Assembly (NCBI GenBank): GCA_016189025.1 | Contig: JACPGS010000029.1 | Span: 15,911-79,910 of the forward strand | Direction: 5' to 3' | Length of the DNA: 64,000 nucleotides | Origin: Candidatus Magasanikiibacteriota bacterium | GTDB lineage: Bacteria > Patescibacteriota > Patescibacteriia > Magasanikbacterales > GWA2-37-8 | Shown: piece after piece, positions 1 through 8,956 of the stretch | Layout of the letters: every line of letters starts with the position of its first letter | Position numbering within the stretch: the stretch's first letter is position 1 | Notes under the pieces: model-generated | Seen by the model: only the letters and a program-made list of their open reading frames with translations | Databases searched by the model: none | Told to the model about the DNA's origin: nothing | Translations under genes and position numbers: made by a program

Positions 1-420
1 GAAAAAAATAGATATGGGAATTAACCCAGAAGATTTGCACTGGCACGAGCAGGGCCAAAACACGGGCGCGCCAGCGCCCCGTTAAATATCCGTCCAGGAT
101 GGTGGCATAAAGCGCCAGCGAAAGGTAGCTGAAAATTTCCGGCCGGATTTCGGTGCGCTCGGCGAGGAGCGGCACGGCCACGATGGTAAGCAGCGTCGCC
201 AGCCGGAACCCCCCGCGCTGTACGGCTAGGCGGAAGAAGAGAAAAAAGGTGGCAAGATTTACCAGGAGGTGGAATAATCCCAGCCCAGGGAATCCCCCCA
301 ATTTGAAAACAGCAAAAAAAACAACCCCGGTGAGCCAGTGATGATTGACAAACGGCGCTTCCGGGGTAGCCGAGGAGTAAAAATTAGTATGGAGAAGCGC
401 TGCACGGTTCGCCGGTTCAG
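1..420 (-). CDS. partial integral membrane protein, 3' end off window, no ATG in window
   Basis: Hand translation of minus strand gives an uninterrupted hydrophobic ORF (…EAPFVNHHWLTGVVFFAVFKLGGFPGLGLFHLLVNLATFF…ILDGYLTGRWRARVLALLVPVQIFWVNSHIYFF) preceded by an in-frame stop at 421-423. Absent from the ORF track, probably because it has no ATG start and is partial. Confidence 0.3.
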
Positions 421-575
421 TTAAAAAAATCCGGCCGTTGGTAAGGTGGCGGCCAAGATCGGCCGGAATTAAATCAATCGGATGCCAAAAAAAGAAGCCG
501 AACCAAGCGGCGAGCAAAATCAGGAGTAAGGCAGGCAGGAGACGCGGAATTAACCCCCCGCGCTCGCGGGACGGT

Positions 576-1628
576 TTAGTTGTGGGAGAGATCGGAGCGG
601 TAGTTCTCCTCATACATCTCCCAAAAAGCAAGGAAGAGGGCAGCGACAATCGGGCCGATAATGAACCCCGAGATGCCGAATAGGGCAAGACCCCCGAGGG
701 TGGAGAACAGAATCAAGAGCGGATGCATTTGCAAGTCTTTGCCCACTAGAATCGGGCGCAGCAGGTTGTCTACCGTACTGATAATAAGCGCCCCTACTAA
801 AAGAATAATAATGCCGGCCGACAGTTTGCCGATGAGGAGCAGCGCTAGGCCGACCGGCAGCCAGACCACCGCGGCGCCGACCCCCGGAATCATGGCGAGC
901 AGCGTCATGAGGATGGCGAGCAGAAGCGCCCCGGGCACGCCAGTTAAGGAGAATACCAGGCCGCCGAGCGCCCCCTGAATGGTGCCGATTAAAATAGTGC
1001 CTTTAATGGCGGCGCGCGCCGCGGTCGTAAATTTTTTGTAAAGCAGCCGCTCTTGCTTGTCGCCGAGCGGCATCAGGAACATCAGTTTTTGCAAAATGCG
1101 TTCCCCGTCGCGCAGAAAGAAAAACAGCGTGTAAAGCATGATGACGAACTGGGCGATAAAGACGACTGAATTCTGGGTCAGGGCGCGCAGTTGCTGGAAA
1201 GTAAAATTAGCTACCAGCCCGCCGGCTTCGCTCATCCGTTCCAATACGGCCTGGCGAGTAACGCCGAGGGCAGCGAGCGTCGGGTTAGCCTCCAGGGCAG
1301 CGGCGAGCGACTGGAGAAAGCCGCCGATCTGGCCGCGATTGTCGCGCAGCGCCGCGTAGAGGTCTAAAGTTTCCGCGGTTAAGAATACGGCCAGGATGGC
1401 GAGCGGCACCAGAATTATCACCGCCACCAGCATGAGCGTCAGAATAGAGGACAGACTGCCGTGCTTCAGGCGGTTATTTAAGCCGCGGTAGACCGGGTAA
1501 AACAGGCCGGCCACAATGGCCGCCCAGAGCAGCGGGTAAGCAAAAGGTTTTAAGAGAAACAGAAAAAGCACGGTTACCACGCCGAGTAGCCCGAGGAAGA
1601 GGTAATTGCGGATTTTGGAGAAGTCCAT
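576..1628 (-). CDS. AI-2E family transporter (PerM/YhhT-like permease)
   Basis: 350 aa, about 8 TM segments, characteristic AI-2E/UPF0118 composition. Confidence 0.8.
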   Translation of the reverse strand: MDFSKIRNYLFLGLLGVVTVLFLFLLKPFAYPLLWAAIVAGLFYPVYRGLNNRLKHGSLSSILTLMLVAVIILVPLAILAVFLTAETLDLYAALRDNRGQIGGFLQSLAAALEANPTLAALGVTRQAVLERMSEAGGLVANFTFQQLRALTQNSVVFIAQFVIMLYTLFFFLRDGERILQKLMFLMPLGDKQERLLYKKFTTAARAAIKGTILIGTIQGALGGLVFSLTGVPGALLLAILMTLLAMIPGVGAAVVWLPVGLALLLIGKLSAGIIILLVGALIISTVDNLLRPILVGKDLQMHPLLILFSTLGGLALFGISGFIIGPIVAALFLAFWEMYEENYRSDLSHN

Positions 1629-2020
1629 ACGCAGATTACACAGATTTAATTTGATTACACGGATGCCGTACTTTGGTACTAACGTTCCAGCATAACAGAA
1701 GTTGCGAAGTGAGCGTGGTGATAAAATTTTTGCGGAGCAAACCGCCTAAGCGAACGAGCAATTTGGGTGAGGCTCTGTAAGAGCCGAACCTGTTATGCTG
1801 TGTTAGCTTATGCTGTGTTAGCCGACCCGAGCCCGCAGGGCGAGAGCGCAGCGTGGTCGGAGGGAGCGAAGCGACCGACGAAGTACATTTTTACTATTCC
1901 CGATGCTGCGACTGCTTTTCACTCATTTGATTTAAAGGGCGAATTGGTTCCATTTTGGCGAGGGCAAGAGGGGTCGGGGGTGCATTGCCCAAGCCAAAAC
2001 ACTTATTGTTCGGTCCTTAG

Positions 2021-3163
2021 CTACTCTGCTCGTTCTATGTATGCTTTATAATAGCGATCCAAGGAGTATCTTTTTAGGCTAGAATTTTGTTGATATGCTT
2101 GCAGCAATTCTTTTTCGAATGTAGGAGTAAGTAAATCAATTCTTCCCATGAATACCCGCTTAGTCTCAGTTGGCTTAGGAGAAATCTTAAGGGGTAGTAA
2201 TTCATTTGTTTTTTGTTCTGGCACAATCCAAAAGATGCGTAGACCAGGATGTTTAAAGTAGCTTTGTTCCCAGGTAGCAAGCATAGCTTTAGCTTCTTTT
2301 TTATATAATCCTCCATCCATAAGCGCTCGTTCAAAGATAGCAAAGTCTGCCTTAGCGGGCGATTGAACGCCGAAATTAATTTTTTGCTCAGTGCCATTTT
2401 TCATTTCGCCATTCCACCAGATATACTCAGATCCATCTGTTTTCTTTTCGTAGACGAAGACCTGCGACAATGTATGTGGGCCATTATTTTTGATCACTAG
2501 TTCGTTGTCATTGGTAAATTTAGTTTCCACAGGAATGTCGAAATTAGCAACACCACGATAGAAAATGAATTTTTCCACCTCTCTCTTATGTGATTTAATC
2601 AGGTTGGCATCCGTCACTCGCGGACTGGTCCAAATTTTCGTTTCTTCTTCCTCTGGAGGCGTTAGTTTTTGGGTGGAATTAGGAGGTAATATGCGCACCT
2701 TCCATTTCATCCCTCCCTTATATGGTTTGGTAAAATCCCAATTGTCGTGCATTTTGTTGCCACTGGTATTTTGCGGGTACCATTGACTAATTATCCCTTG
2801 TGGAAAATCCACCTGCACTGTGGCATTTTGGGCTTTCTTGCTATAGAAATAAATGACAGGCGTTTCCATTTTTACTGTAACATTTTTTGGTTCGTTGGTA
2901 GGTGAAATGTCGAATCCTTTCGCGTTGTAAACTGCCTCTGCGCGTTTTGTAAAATCACCATGCTGATAGGTAAAGCGTGGCAATTGCTCCTCGTCGAAAT
3001 AGAGGCCAGAGAGGCGTGTGCCGTCGGTCGCGTGTAGCGTTGTAAACGTGCCCCACTCATGTACCACCATACCTTTAGTGGTGGCAGCAGCACTAGCTTG
3101 AATCATGGCATAACCAACTCCGGCTAACAAAATAAGGCCAAAGATAAGGAATTTAACTTTCAT
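2021..3163 (-). CDS. secreted hypothetical protein with N-terminal signal peptide
   Basis: 380 aa; MKVKFLIFGLILLAGVGYA signal peptide; AT-rich (about 40% GC) compared with neighbours. Confidence 0.55.
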   Translation of the reverse strand: MKVKFLIFGLILLAGVGYAMIQASAAATTKGMVVHEWGTFTTLHATDGTRLSGLYFDEEQLPRFTYQHGDFTKRAEAVYNAKGFDISPTNEPKNVTVKMETPVIYFYSKKAQNATVQVDFPQGIISQWYPQNTSGNKMHDNWDFTKPYKGGMKWKVRILPPNSTQKLTPPEEEETKIWTSPRVTDANLIKSHKREVEKFIFYRGVANFDIPVETKFTNDNELVIKNNGPHTLSQVFVYEKKTDGSEYIWWNGEMKNGTEQKINFGVQSPAKADFAIFERALMDGGLYKKEAKAMLATWEQSYFKHPGLRIFWIVPEQKTNELLPLKISPKPTETKRVFMGRIDLLTPTFEKELLQAYQQNSSLKRYSLDRYYKAYIERAE

Positions 3164-3407
3164 ACATTTATTGTTAAATTTGAATTAACCGCATATTCAC
3201 ATTATCACAATCTAGATTGATTTTCAAGTGACAGAAAGGAGCGAAAAAATACTTGCTGGCTGCCGAAAGCAGACAGCCCCCTCTTACAAAAAAAAGAATC
3301 AATTCGCCCCTCCTTATTAAAAATCCGAAAAGCGGAGCGGCAAAAAGGGAATGGTAAAAATGTATTTCGCCTAACTAGTTTTATGATTCTTTTACAGTCT
3401 TATTATA

Positions 3408-4841
3408 TCAGGCATTATTAGGCGGCGCAATGGCGGCGGGGGCGAAGACTTCCCGGAGGGTGGCAGGAGAAATTGTCCGTAAAAGCAGCGCCAGCAAGCC
3501 GTAAAGTAAGCCGCCGAGCCCCAGGGAAAGAATAAGGGGGAGCGGCTGGAGGGCGTAGATTGCCCCGCCCATGGCCCCGCTCGCCAGGATAATTTTAAGG
3601 AGAGTCGTAAGGCGGGGCCGCCAGCCACTGGCGCGGGCACAGAGTAGAGCAAGGCCGGCCCCGGCATAGAGTTCCGAGCCAATCGTTACCCCGATCGCGC
3701 CAGCGACGCCGTAGCGGGGGATGAAAATAAAATAGCCGATGAGAGACAGCAGCGCGTCGCTCCCGTAGATCAGGAGCGCGGTGGTTTGCCGGCCGATCGC
3801 CAAAGCGTAGTGGCCAAAGATCATGCCACCCGCCACTCCTAACAGCGACAGCGACAGTCCCTGCAGCATCCAGGCACCGGGGGCGAATTCTTTGCCGGCC
3901 ACGAAGGTCAGGACGCCGGGGGCAATGGCGATTAAACCAGCTACGGCCGGCCACAGCAATAAATTGATTAAATCAAACCCCAGTTGGGCGCGGCGCTGGA
4001 ATTCGGCAGTCAGATGCCGGCTCCAGGCGTGGGCGACGAGCGGCATTACCGTTCCCATAATCATCGCGGCGAGCTGAATGACAACCTCCACAATGCGATA
4101 ACTGGCGCCATATAGCCCCACAGTAGTCTGATCGGCAAACAAGGGCAGAATCACCCGGTCGCCCTGCAGGTAGACGGCGGTGGCAACAACGGCAAGAGCA
4201 GTGGGCCACATTTTGTGCCACAAGGCGCGCGAAATACTGCGGTCAAAGCAAAAGCGCAGGGGCCGGGCGCAGTAAGCTAGTATTAAAGCAGAGCCGAGGG
4301 CCGCGACCGTAACGGCGACCATAATGGCGGTAAATTGCTGACGGGCGACGAGGGAAAAGGCAATGCCGAGGAGCAGCAGGAGCCGGCCCAAAATTTCCGC
4401 TCCCATCACAATTTTCAATTTTAGCTGCTCCCGGAAATAGCCGATGAATACCTGGGACAGGGCAATGGCAAAAAATGCCAGGGTCAAAATTGCTACTGCT
4501 TGTTTCACTTCCTTAGGGTAAGGGAAAGCGAGAATCAGTAGCGGCGCTGCCCCCTGGAAAACAGTAGCCGAAATCAGCCGCCAGCTAAAGCAAGTATTAA
4601 GTACGCGGCGGCGGTCAAAGGTCGGTTCCGCGAGCAGCGCCGAGGTGGTGATAGTGAATCCGCCATCAGCCACCAGTCCCACAAATTGGAGGAAACCGGT
4701 GGCGGTTACATACCAGCCAAATTGTTCCACGCCCAAATAGCGCGTCATCAGGGCGATGGCAGCCAGCCCCAGCAGGGTGGAGACTAATTTACCCCCGAGT
4801 TGGATTAAGGTAGAGTGCGCCAGAGCGCGGGTGAGAGACAT
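3408..4841 (-). CDS. polysaccharide biosynthesis / oligosaccharide flippase (Wzx/MurJ-like MOP superfamily)
   Basis: 477 aa polytopic membrane protein with the N-terminal motif of Wzx-type flippases. Confidence 0.7.
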   Translation of the reverse strand: MSLTRALAHSTLIQLGGKLVSTLLGLAAIALMTRYLGVEQFGWYVTATGFLQFVGLVADGGFTITTSALLAEPTFDRRRVLNTCFSWRLISATVFQGAAPLLILAFPYPKEVKQAVAILTLAFFAIALSQVFIGYFREQLKLKIVMGAEILGRLLLLLGIAFSLVARQQFTAIMVAVTVAALGSALILAYCARPLRFCFDRSISRALWHKMWPTALAVVATAVYLQGDRVILPLFADQTTVGLYGASYRIVEVVIQLAAMIMGTVMPLVAHAWSRHLTAEFQRRAQLGFDLINLLLWPAVAGLIAIAPGVLTFVAGKEFAPGAWMLQGLSLSLLGVAGGMIFGHYALAIGRQTTALLIYGSDALLSLIGYFIFIPRYGVAGAIGVTIGSELYAGAGLALLCARASGWRPRLTTLLKIILASGAMGGAIYALQPLPLILSLGLGGLLYGLLALLLRTISPATLREVFAPAAIAPPNNA

Positions 4842-4947
4842 ATTTTAAGCTAACCAGCAATCAGCTAGCCAGCAGATTCAGCTAGTGGATGATAAGATGA
4901 TGAGAGTATAGCACGGAGGGCCGGACTCTGCTATACTTGAAGATTGT

Positions 4948-5952
4948 ATGCTTTGGCTGATTAAAAATATCTGGCGTGGGGGGGCGAGTGCTTTGATTTT
5001 ATTGGCTATTTTTGCGCAAACCGTTTCGGTATTAGCGGCGGAGGAAAGGGAAACAGCCGAGACGCCGACGGCGTCGGCCGTGGTTGAGGAAACGTTTAAA
5101 AAAGGCCCGGCCGTGCGGGTGTTAATAGCAGAACAAGGGAAGCCGGTAACAATGCGCTCCGAAGTGCCGGTTGCCGTGTATACTGGCGTGATATTGCGTT
5201 TAGAACTTCCTCCGGAAACATTGATTACGATTCGCCGCGAGCGCCAGGCTTTAACGATTGAGAGCGAAGGAGTTAGTTTTGGCACCGAGGAGCCAGTGCG
5301 GATAATGGCTGAAGATCCGCTGGCGGTTTTTACCCTGCCTGGTTTTGCCCGCAAATTATCGGGCTGGAAGCAGGATTTTAATCAGTATCGGGGAATTTTG
5401 GAACTGCGTTTGGCGAAAGACAAGAATCTGCTGTTAATAAACGAGCTGCCGCTGGAGGCGTATGTAGCCGCCATAGTGGAAACTAATGAGCGCGATCCGG
5501 AAGAATATACCAAGGCGGTGCTCGTGGCGGCGCGCACTTATGCGGTGGTTTGGCGGGAGGAGGCGCGCCGGCGCGGTCGGGCATTTGATCTGCGCGGGAG
5601 CACTCACGACCAGCTTTATTTAGGATACCAGGCTGAATTAGCCCAGCCCCAGGTGCGGCAGTGGGCAGGGGAGACTGCCGGAGAAGTGGTAACCTATGAA
5701 GGATCGCCCGCCGCCACGCTTTACTTTGGTCACTCCACCGGCAAAACCAAATCCTGGCCCAAGCGCCTGGGCGAGCGGCCATGGCTTACGAGCGTCGCCG
5801 CGCCTTATGATAAAAAGTTTAAACGACTGTATGGCCACGGCTACGGCATGAGCATGAACGACGCCCGCGAGCGCGCGCGGCGAGACAACGCCACCTACCA
5901 GGAACTGCTTGCCTATTATTACACCGGCACCCAGGTGGAGGTACGATATTGA
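4948..5952 (+). CDS. SpoIID/LytB domain protein
   Basis: 334 aa; signal/TM N-terminus; conserved LEAYVAAIVETNE…AVLVAARTYAV block of the SpoIID amidase-enhancer domain. Confidence 0.7.
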   Translation: MLWLIKNIWRGGASALILLAIFAQTVSVLAAEERETAETPTASAVVEETFKKGPAVRVLIAEQGKPVTMRSEVPVAVYTGVILRLELPPETLITIRRERQALTIESEGVSFGTEEPVRIMAEDPLAVFTLPGFARKLSGWKQDFNQYRGILELRLAKDKNLLLINELPLEAYVAAIVETNERDPEEYTKAVLVAARTYAVVWREEARRRGRAFDLRGSTHDQLYLGYQAELAQPQVRQWAGETAGEVVTYEGSPAATLYFGHSTGKTKSWPKRLGERPWLTSVAAPYDKKFKRLYGHGYGMSMNDARERARRDNATYQELLAYYYTGTQVEVRY

Positions 5953-6091
5953 AATTTTTACCTATGAACGAGCGGAGAAAAGATTGGGGGAACGACGGGG
6001 GTATTGAAGTTTTTGCGGCGTCACCGCCCTCTATTGACAATGTACTGACAATGTCATATAATGACAGCAGCTTATCCTTAGTCATTTTTTT

Positions 6092-6379
6092 ATGAACAGC
6101 ACCGTGCAATTGCGAGTAGACGCCAAAACCAAACGCGCCGTTTCTACGGTTTTTCGTAATCTGGGGTTAGATTTAAGCACCGGCGTAAAAATGTATTTTC
6201 AGCAGGTAATTCGTGAGCGCGGTATACCATTTCCCCTCATCACCGAGAACGGCTATACGGCCGAACAAGAAAAGAAGCTCCTGGCGATTGCCAAACAAAC
6301 GGAGAGCGACTATCGGCGCGGTCGCCGCCGCACCCAAACCTCGGTTAAAGCAATGGTTAAAGAGATTATGGCATCATAG
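6092..6379 (+). CDS. dinJ: type II antitoxin, RelB/DinJ family
   Basis: 95 aa, immediately upstream of a YafQ-like toxin, DinJ-like sequence. Confidence 0.75.
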   Translation: MNSTVQLRVDAKTKRAVSTVFRNLGLDLSTGVKMYFQQVIRERGIPFPLITENGYTAEQEKKLLAIAKQTESDYRRGRRRTQTSVKAMVKEIMAS

Positions 6380-6390
6380 GGTGACCCGAT

Positions 6391-6675
6391 ATGCAATACA
6401 CCCTGCGCTATTCTCGACAGTTTAAGCGTCAATATAAAAAACTAGAGCGATCCGGGAGGCCTGGCTTAGCGGGGAAACTGGACGCAATTATGAATATTCT
6501 TGCTAGCGGCCAAACGCTACCCGCCCGTTGTTTGAACCACCGGCTAGCCGGTCAATTGAATGGGCTGTGGGAATGTCATGTGGCGCCCGACTGGCTGTTA
6601 ATCTATCGCCTTCATCAAGATGTTCTAGTATTGGAATTTTTCGCCACCGGCACGCATACCCAGTTGTTTGATTAA
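6391..6675 (+). CDS. yafQ: type II toxin YafQ (RelE superfamily mRNA interferase)
   Basis: 94 aa; HVAPDWLLIYRL…ATGTHTQLF closely parallels E. coli YafQ HVEPDWILIYKL…RTGTHAALF. Confidence 0.8.
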   Translation: MQYTLRYSRQFKRQYKKLERSGRPGLAGKLDAIMNILASGQTLPARCLNHRLAGQLNGLWECHVAPDWLLIYRLHQDVLVLEFFATGTHTQLFD

Positions 6676-6715
6676 CCTGCGGATTAAACACGGGTATTGA
6701 CAAGTAAAAGCTAAC

Positions 6716-6744
6716 ATCTCCCCTGGGGCGGGGAGATTTTTTTA
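6716..6744 (+). terminator. rho-independent terminator after yafQ
   Basis: Hairpin tctcccc/ggggaga with loop tggggc followed by a T-run. Confidence 0.6.
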
Positions 6745-6758
6745 GCGTAAGATTATGG

Positions 6759-7313
6759 TTAGGCGGCCGGAGCGCTGCCGCCTTGATGATAACGCTTGTC
6801 CGCCTCCGAGAGGTCTAAAATCAAACGGCGCAGGCCGTGGGGGTCGGGCACGCGGCGGCCGACCTTTTTTGGCTGGGCGCCGGCGGTTTCAATAATCAGA
6901 TCGCCGTAGTGGAGTAGCGACGGCAGGGCGCCTTTTACTTCAGAAGTGGCGTTTTGAATCTGGTAAAGGTCAACCTCAAACACGCTGCGGGCGAATAGGC
7001 CGTGCTGTTCAATGCGAATCAGCCGATCGTTGGTGATGACCAAGAGATCCAGATAAAAATCGACAAAATAGGCGAAAGTCAGGAGCACCATAATCAGCAG
7101 ATAAATGCTGCCGGAAAGAATTAAGAGAGGCGAAATAACCGGATGATTTAACAGCGCCGGGAAGGCGCTAGCAATAAACAGATAAAGTCCGAGCGGCACG
7201 GCGAGCAATATTATCAGCAATAATAAAGGCAGCGCCAGGGTGGCCGGGCTGTGGCGCACCCGCGCCACAATATGCTCATAGGATTTTTGGCGGATGAAGT
7301 AAGAGAGCAGCAT
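6759..7313 (-). CDS. membrane protein with bacterial PH domain (YdbS/YdbT-like)
   Basis: 184 aa; two TM helices then a PH-like segment (LITNDRLIRIEQ…). Confidence 0.5.
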   Translation of the reverse strand: MLLSYFIRQKSYEHIVARVRHSPATLALPLLLLIILLAVPLGLYLFIASAFPALLNHPVISPLLILSGSIYLLIMVLLTFAYFVDFYLDLLVITNDRLIRIEQHGLFARSVFEVDLYQIQNATSEVKGALPSLLHYGDLIIETAGAQPKKVGRRVPDPHGLRRLILDLSEADKRYHQGGSAPAA

Positions 7314-7326
7314 GTTTCAGGTTAAA

Positions 7327-7620
7327 TTATCGTAAAGAGTCAAACGGCGAAAAAATTTCCTGGCTGGGAAAAACGTTGCCGAGCCAGGCGTTGTTCCAGA
7401 TAGGGAGCGGCTGTTGCCAATCGACTCCCTGCAGCAGCCACCAGGTGGACCAAAGAATAATCGCCGTTGCCGCGAGCAATAGGAAAGTCGCCAAAAAACT
7501 CCCCAGGGTAAAGGTGCCAGTGTGAGAAAAGTGGCCGACGTTGATGGCAAAAAAGACGGCAAAAAACAGCAGGAAGCCAAGGTAGACGAAGAGAAAAATA
7601 TAGAGCGGGAGGGTAATCAT
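7327..7620 (-). CDS. small hypothetical membrane protein
   Basis: ORF track 7327..7710 trimmed to the internal Met (MITLPLYIFL…) to avoid overlap with the upstream gene; hydrophobic. Confidence 0.4.
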   Translation of the reverse strand: MITLPLYIFLFVYLGFLLFFAVFFAINVGHFSHTGTFTLGSFLATFLLLAATAIILWSTWWLLQGVDWQQPLPIWNNAWLGNVFPSQEIFSPFDSLR

Positions 7621-7660
7621 GGTTTTTACTATAGCAGGTATTAGATATGAACTCAAACTC

Positions 7661-8275
7661 TCAATTCCGCACGTAATACCACACCGTCGCCAGGCCCCAG
7701 CCCAGGGCAAATTTGTCGGTATGAAAGCAGGTCAGGAAGGGCGCGTCTAAAGTGGCGGTAACGGAAATAATGCGGCTGCCGGGCTTTAGTTGTTGGCAGC
7801 GCTCGGTGAGTTGGGTTAAAAGATTTTCGCTAAAACAGGTGGCTTGAACAAAAATTACGTCCGCCTCGCTCCAGTCTTCGGTAAAAATATCGCCCGACCG
7901 GAAATTGATGTCTGGTTCGGGATAGCTCTGGGGCAGCGCCGGGCGGAGGCGTTGGTTAAATTTTTCCCGTACCGCCGCGGCGGTCTGGTAAAGTTCCGGG
8001 ATCAGCTCAATGCCGACTAAGCGGCGGAAATTCCCCAGGAGGGCGGCGAGTATCACCGCTTTGCCGGTGCCGCTCCCCAAATCATAAAAAGTGCCGCCGG
8101 GGGGTGCGTCGGCGGCGGCGAGCAGCGCCGGGAAGCTGGCAAAGTTAACTTCGCCGTAAGTGAGCTCTTTGGGCGGCGTTTGGCCCCAGTGTTGTTTTCC
8201 GGCGGCGGAGAGCCGGTAGCCGTCAATATCAGCATAAAGGAGGTTGAAGTAACGTTCGGCCAGACCCAGATTCAT
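7661..8275 (-). CDS. class I SAM-dependent methyltransferase
   Basis: YDLGSGTGKAVILAAL Rossmann SAM motif. ORF-track start 8368 lies inside a repeat element, so the likely true start is MNLGLAERY at 8275. Confidence 0.6.
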   Translation of the reverse strand: MNLGLAERYFNLLYADIDGYRLSAAGKQHWGQTPPKELTYGEVNFASFPALLAAADAPPGGTFYDLGSGTGKAVILAALLGNFRRLVGIELIPELYQTAAAVREKFNQRLRPALPQSYPEPDINFRSGDIFTEDWSEADVIFVQATCFSENLLTQLTERCQQLKPGSRIISVTATLDAPFLTCFHTDKFALGWGLATVWYYVRN

Positions 8276-8285
8276 ATTGTAAGAC

Positions 8286-8464
8286 TGTAGAAGAATGCTA
8301 ACTTTATCAGTATCCGCCTGGTCGCTATCGCTATTGCTAAGTTTAACCTGGTTGGTCGCGGCAGACACTCTTTGGGTGCTCCCCCGACTTTAGATCGGGG
8401 TGCGCGCCCAAAGACACTCGTCTGCCGCACCCTGATGCTAACTAGTTTTTCCCATTCTTCTACA
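8286..8464 (+). mobile_element. MITE-like repeat copy 1 (terminal inverted repeats tgtagaagaat/attcttctaca, internal long hairpin 8358..8428)
   Basis: About 88% identical to 45560..45739; 11-bp terminal inverted repeats; fills the whole intergenic space between the VKOR stop and the methyltransferase start. Confidence 0.65.
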
Positions 8465-8473
8465 ACCTCGTTG

Positions 8474-8944
8474 TTATAGGTTTTTTTCGTCTAGCGGCAG
8501 AGGCGTTTTTTTATTGTTGGCAGCGGATTTTTTGAAGTAGTAGAGAATCTGTATACCTAATACGAACAGTAGGGTAGAAGTAGCGGCGGAAACCAGGCAA
8601 TAGAGGCAATACGCGCCGATGACGAAAGCCTGGAGATAAAAAAACCAGAGGGTGGCGAGGAATCCCAAAACTGTTAGGCGAGCGAGCCAGCGCAGAATTA
8701 CTTCGCGACGGGTGTCCAGATAAGCCACGGCGCCCAAGAAGACGGCGAGATAATAGAGCGCTCCGAGGAGCGCCACCGGAATCTGATAGATCGTAGCGTA
8801 GCGGCTGGTGGTAACTACCTCGCAGCCCGCTAAGATTGAACAAGTCGGCGGCTCTCCTTGGTAGTGTTTAAGGGTAAGGTAACTGGCATCAACAAAACCC
8901 ACCAGACTGATTACCAGAAGGGCAAGGGCAAGCGGGCGAAGCAT
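8474..8944 (-). CDS. vitamin K epoxide reductase (VKOR) family protein
   Basis: 156 aa membrane protein with CSILAGC and CLYC motifs; adjacent DsbA-like gene. Confidence 0.7.
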   Translation of the reverse strand: MLRPLALALLVISLVGFVDASYLTLKHYQGEPPTCSILAGCEVVTTSRYATIYQIPVALLGALYYLAVFLGAVAYLDTRREVILRWLARLTVLGFLATLWFFYLQAFVIGAYCLYCLVSAATSTLLFVLGIQILYYFKKSAANNKKTPLPLDEKNL

Positions 8945-8956
8945 AGCGGAGCGCAG

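Noticed and set aside
153-683. Plus-strand ORFs 153..341 and 438..683
   Set aside because: Arg/Lys/Pro-rich junk; the opposite strand carries a convincing membrane-protein frame.
1629-2020. Possible tRNA or small RNA in the 390-bp spacer (gggtgaggctctgtaagagccgaacc hairpin)
   Set aside because: No cloverleaf with T-loop GTTCRANYC or anticodon arm could be reconstructed; only a simple hairpin and the 15-bp tandem repeat.
8511-8843. 110-aa minus-strand ORF overlapping the VKOR gene in another frame
   Set aside because: The VKOR frame has conserved CxxC pairs and TM helices; the alternative is Arg/Ser/Leu-rich.
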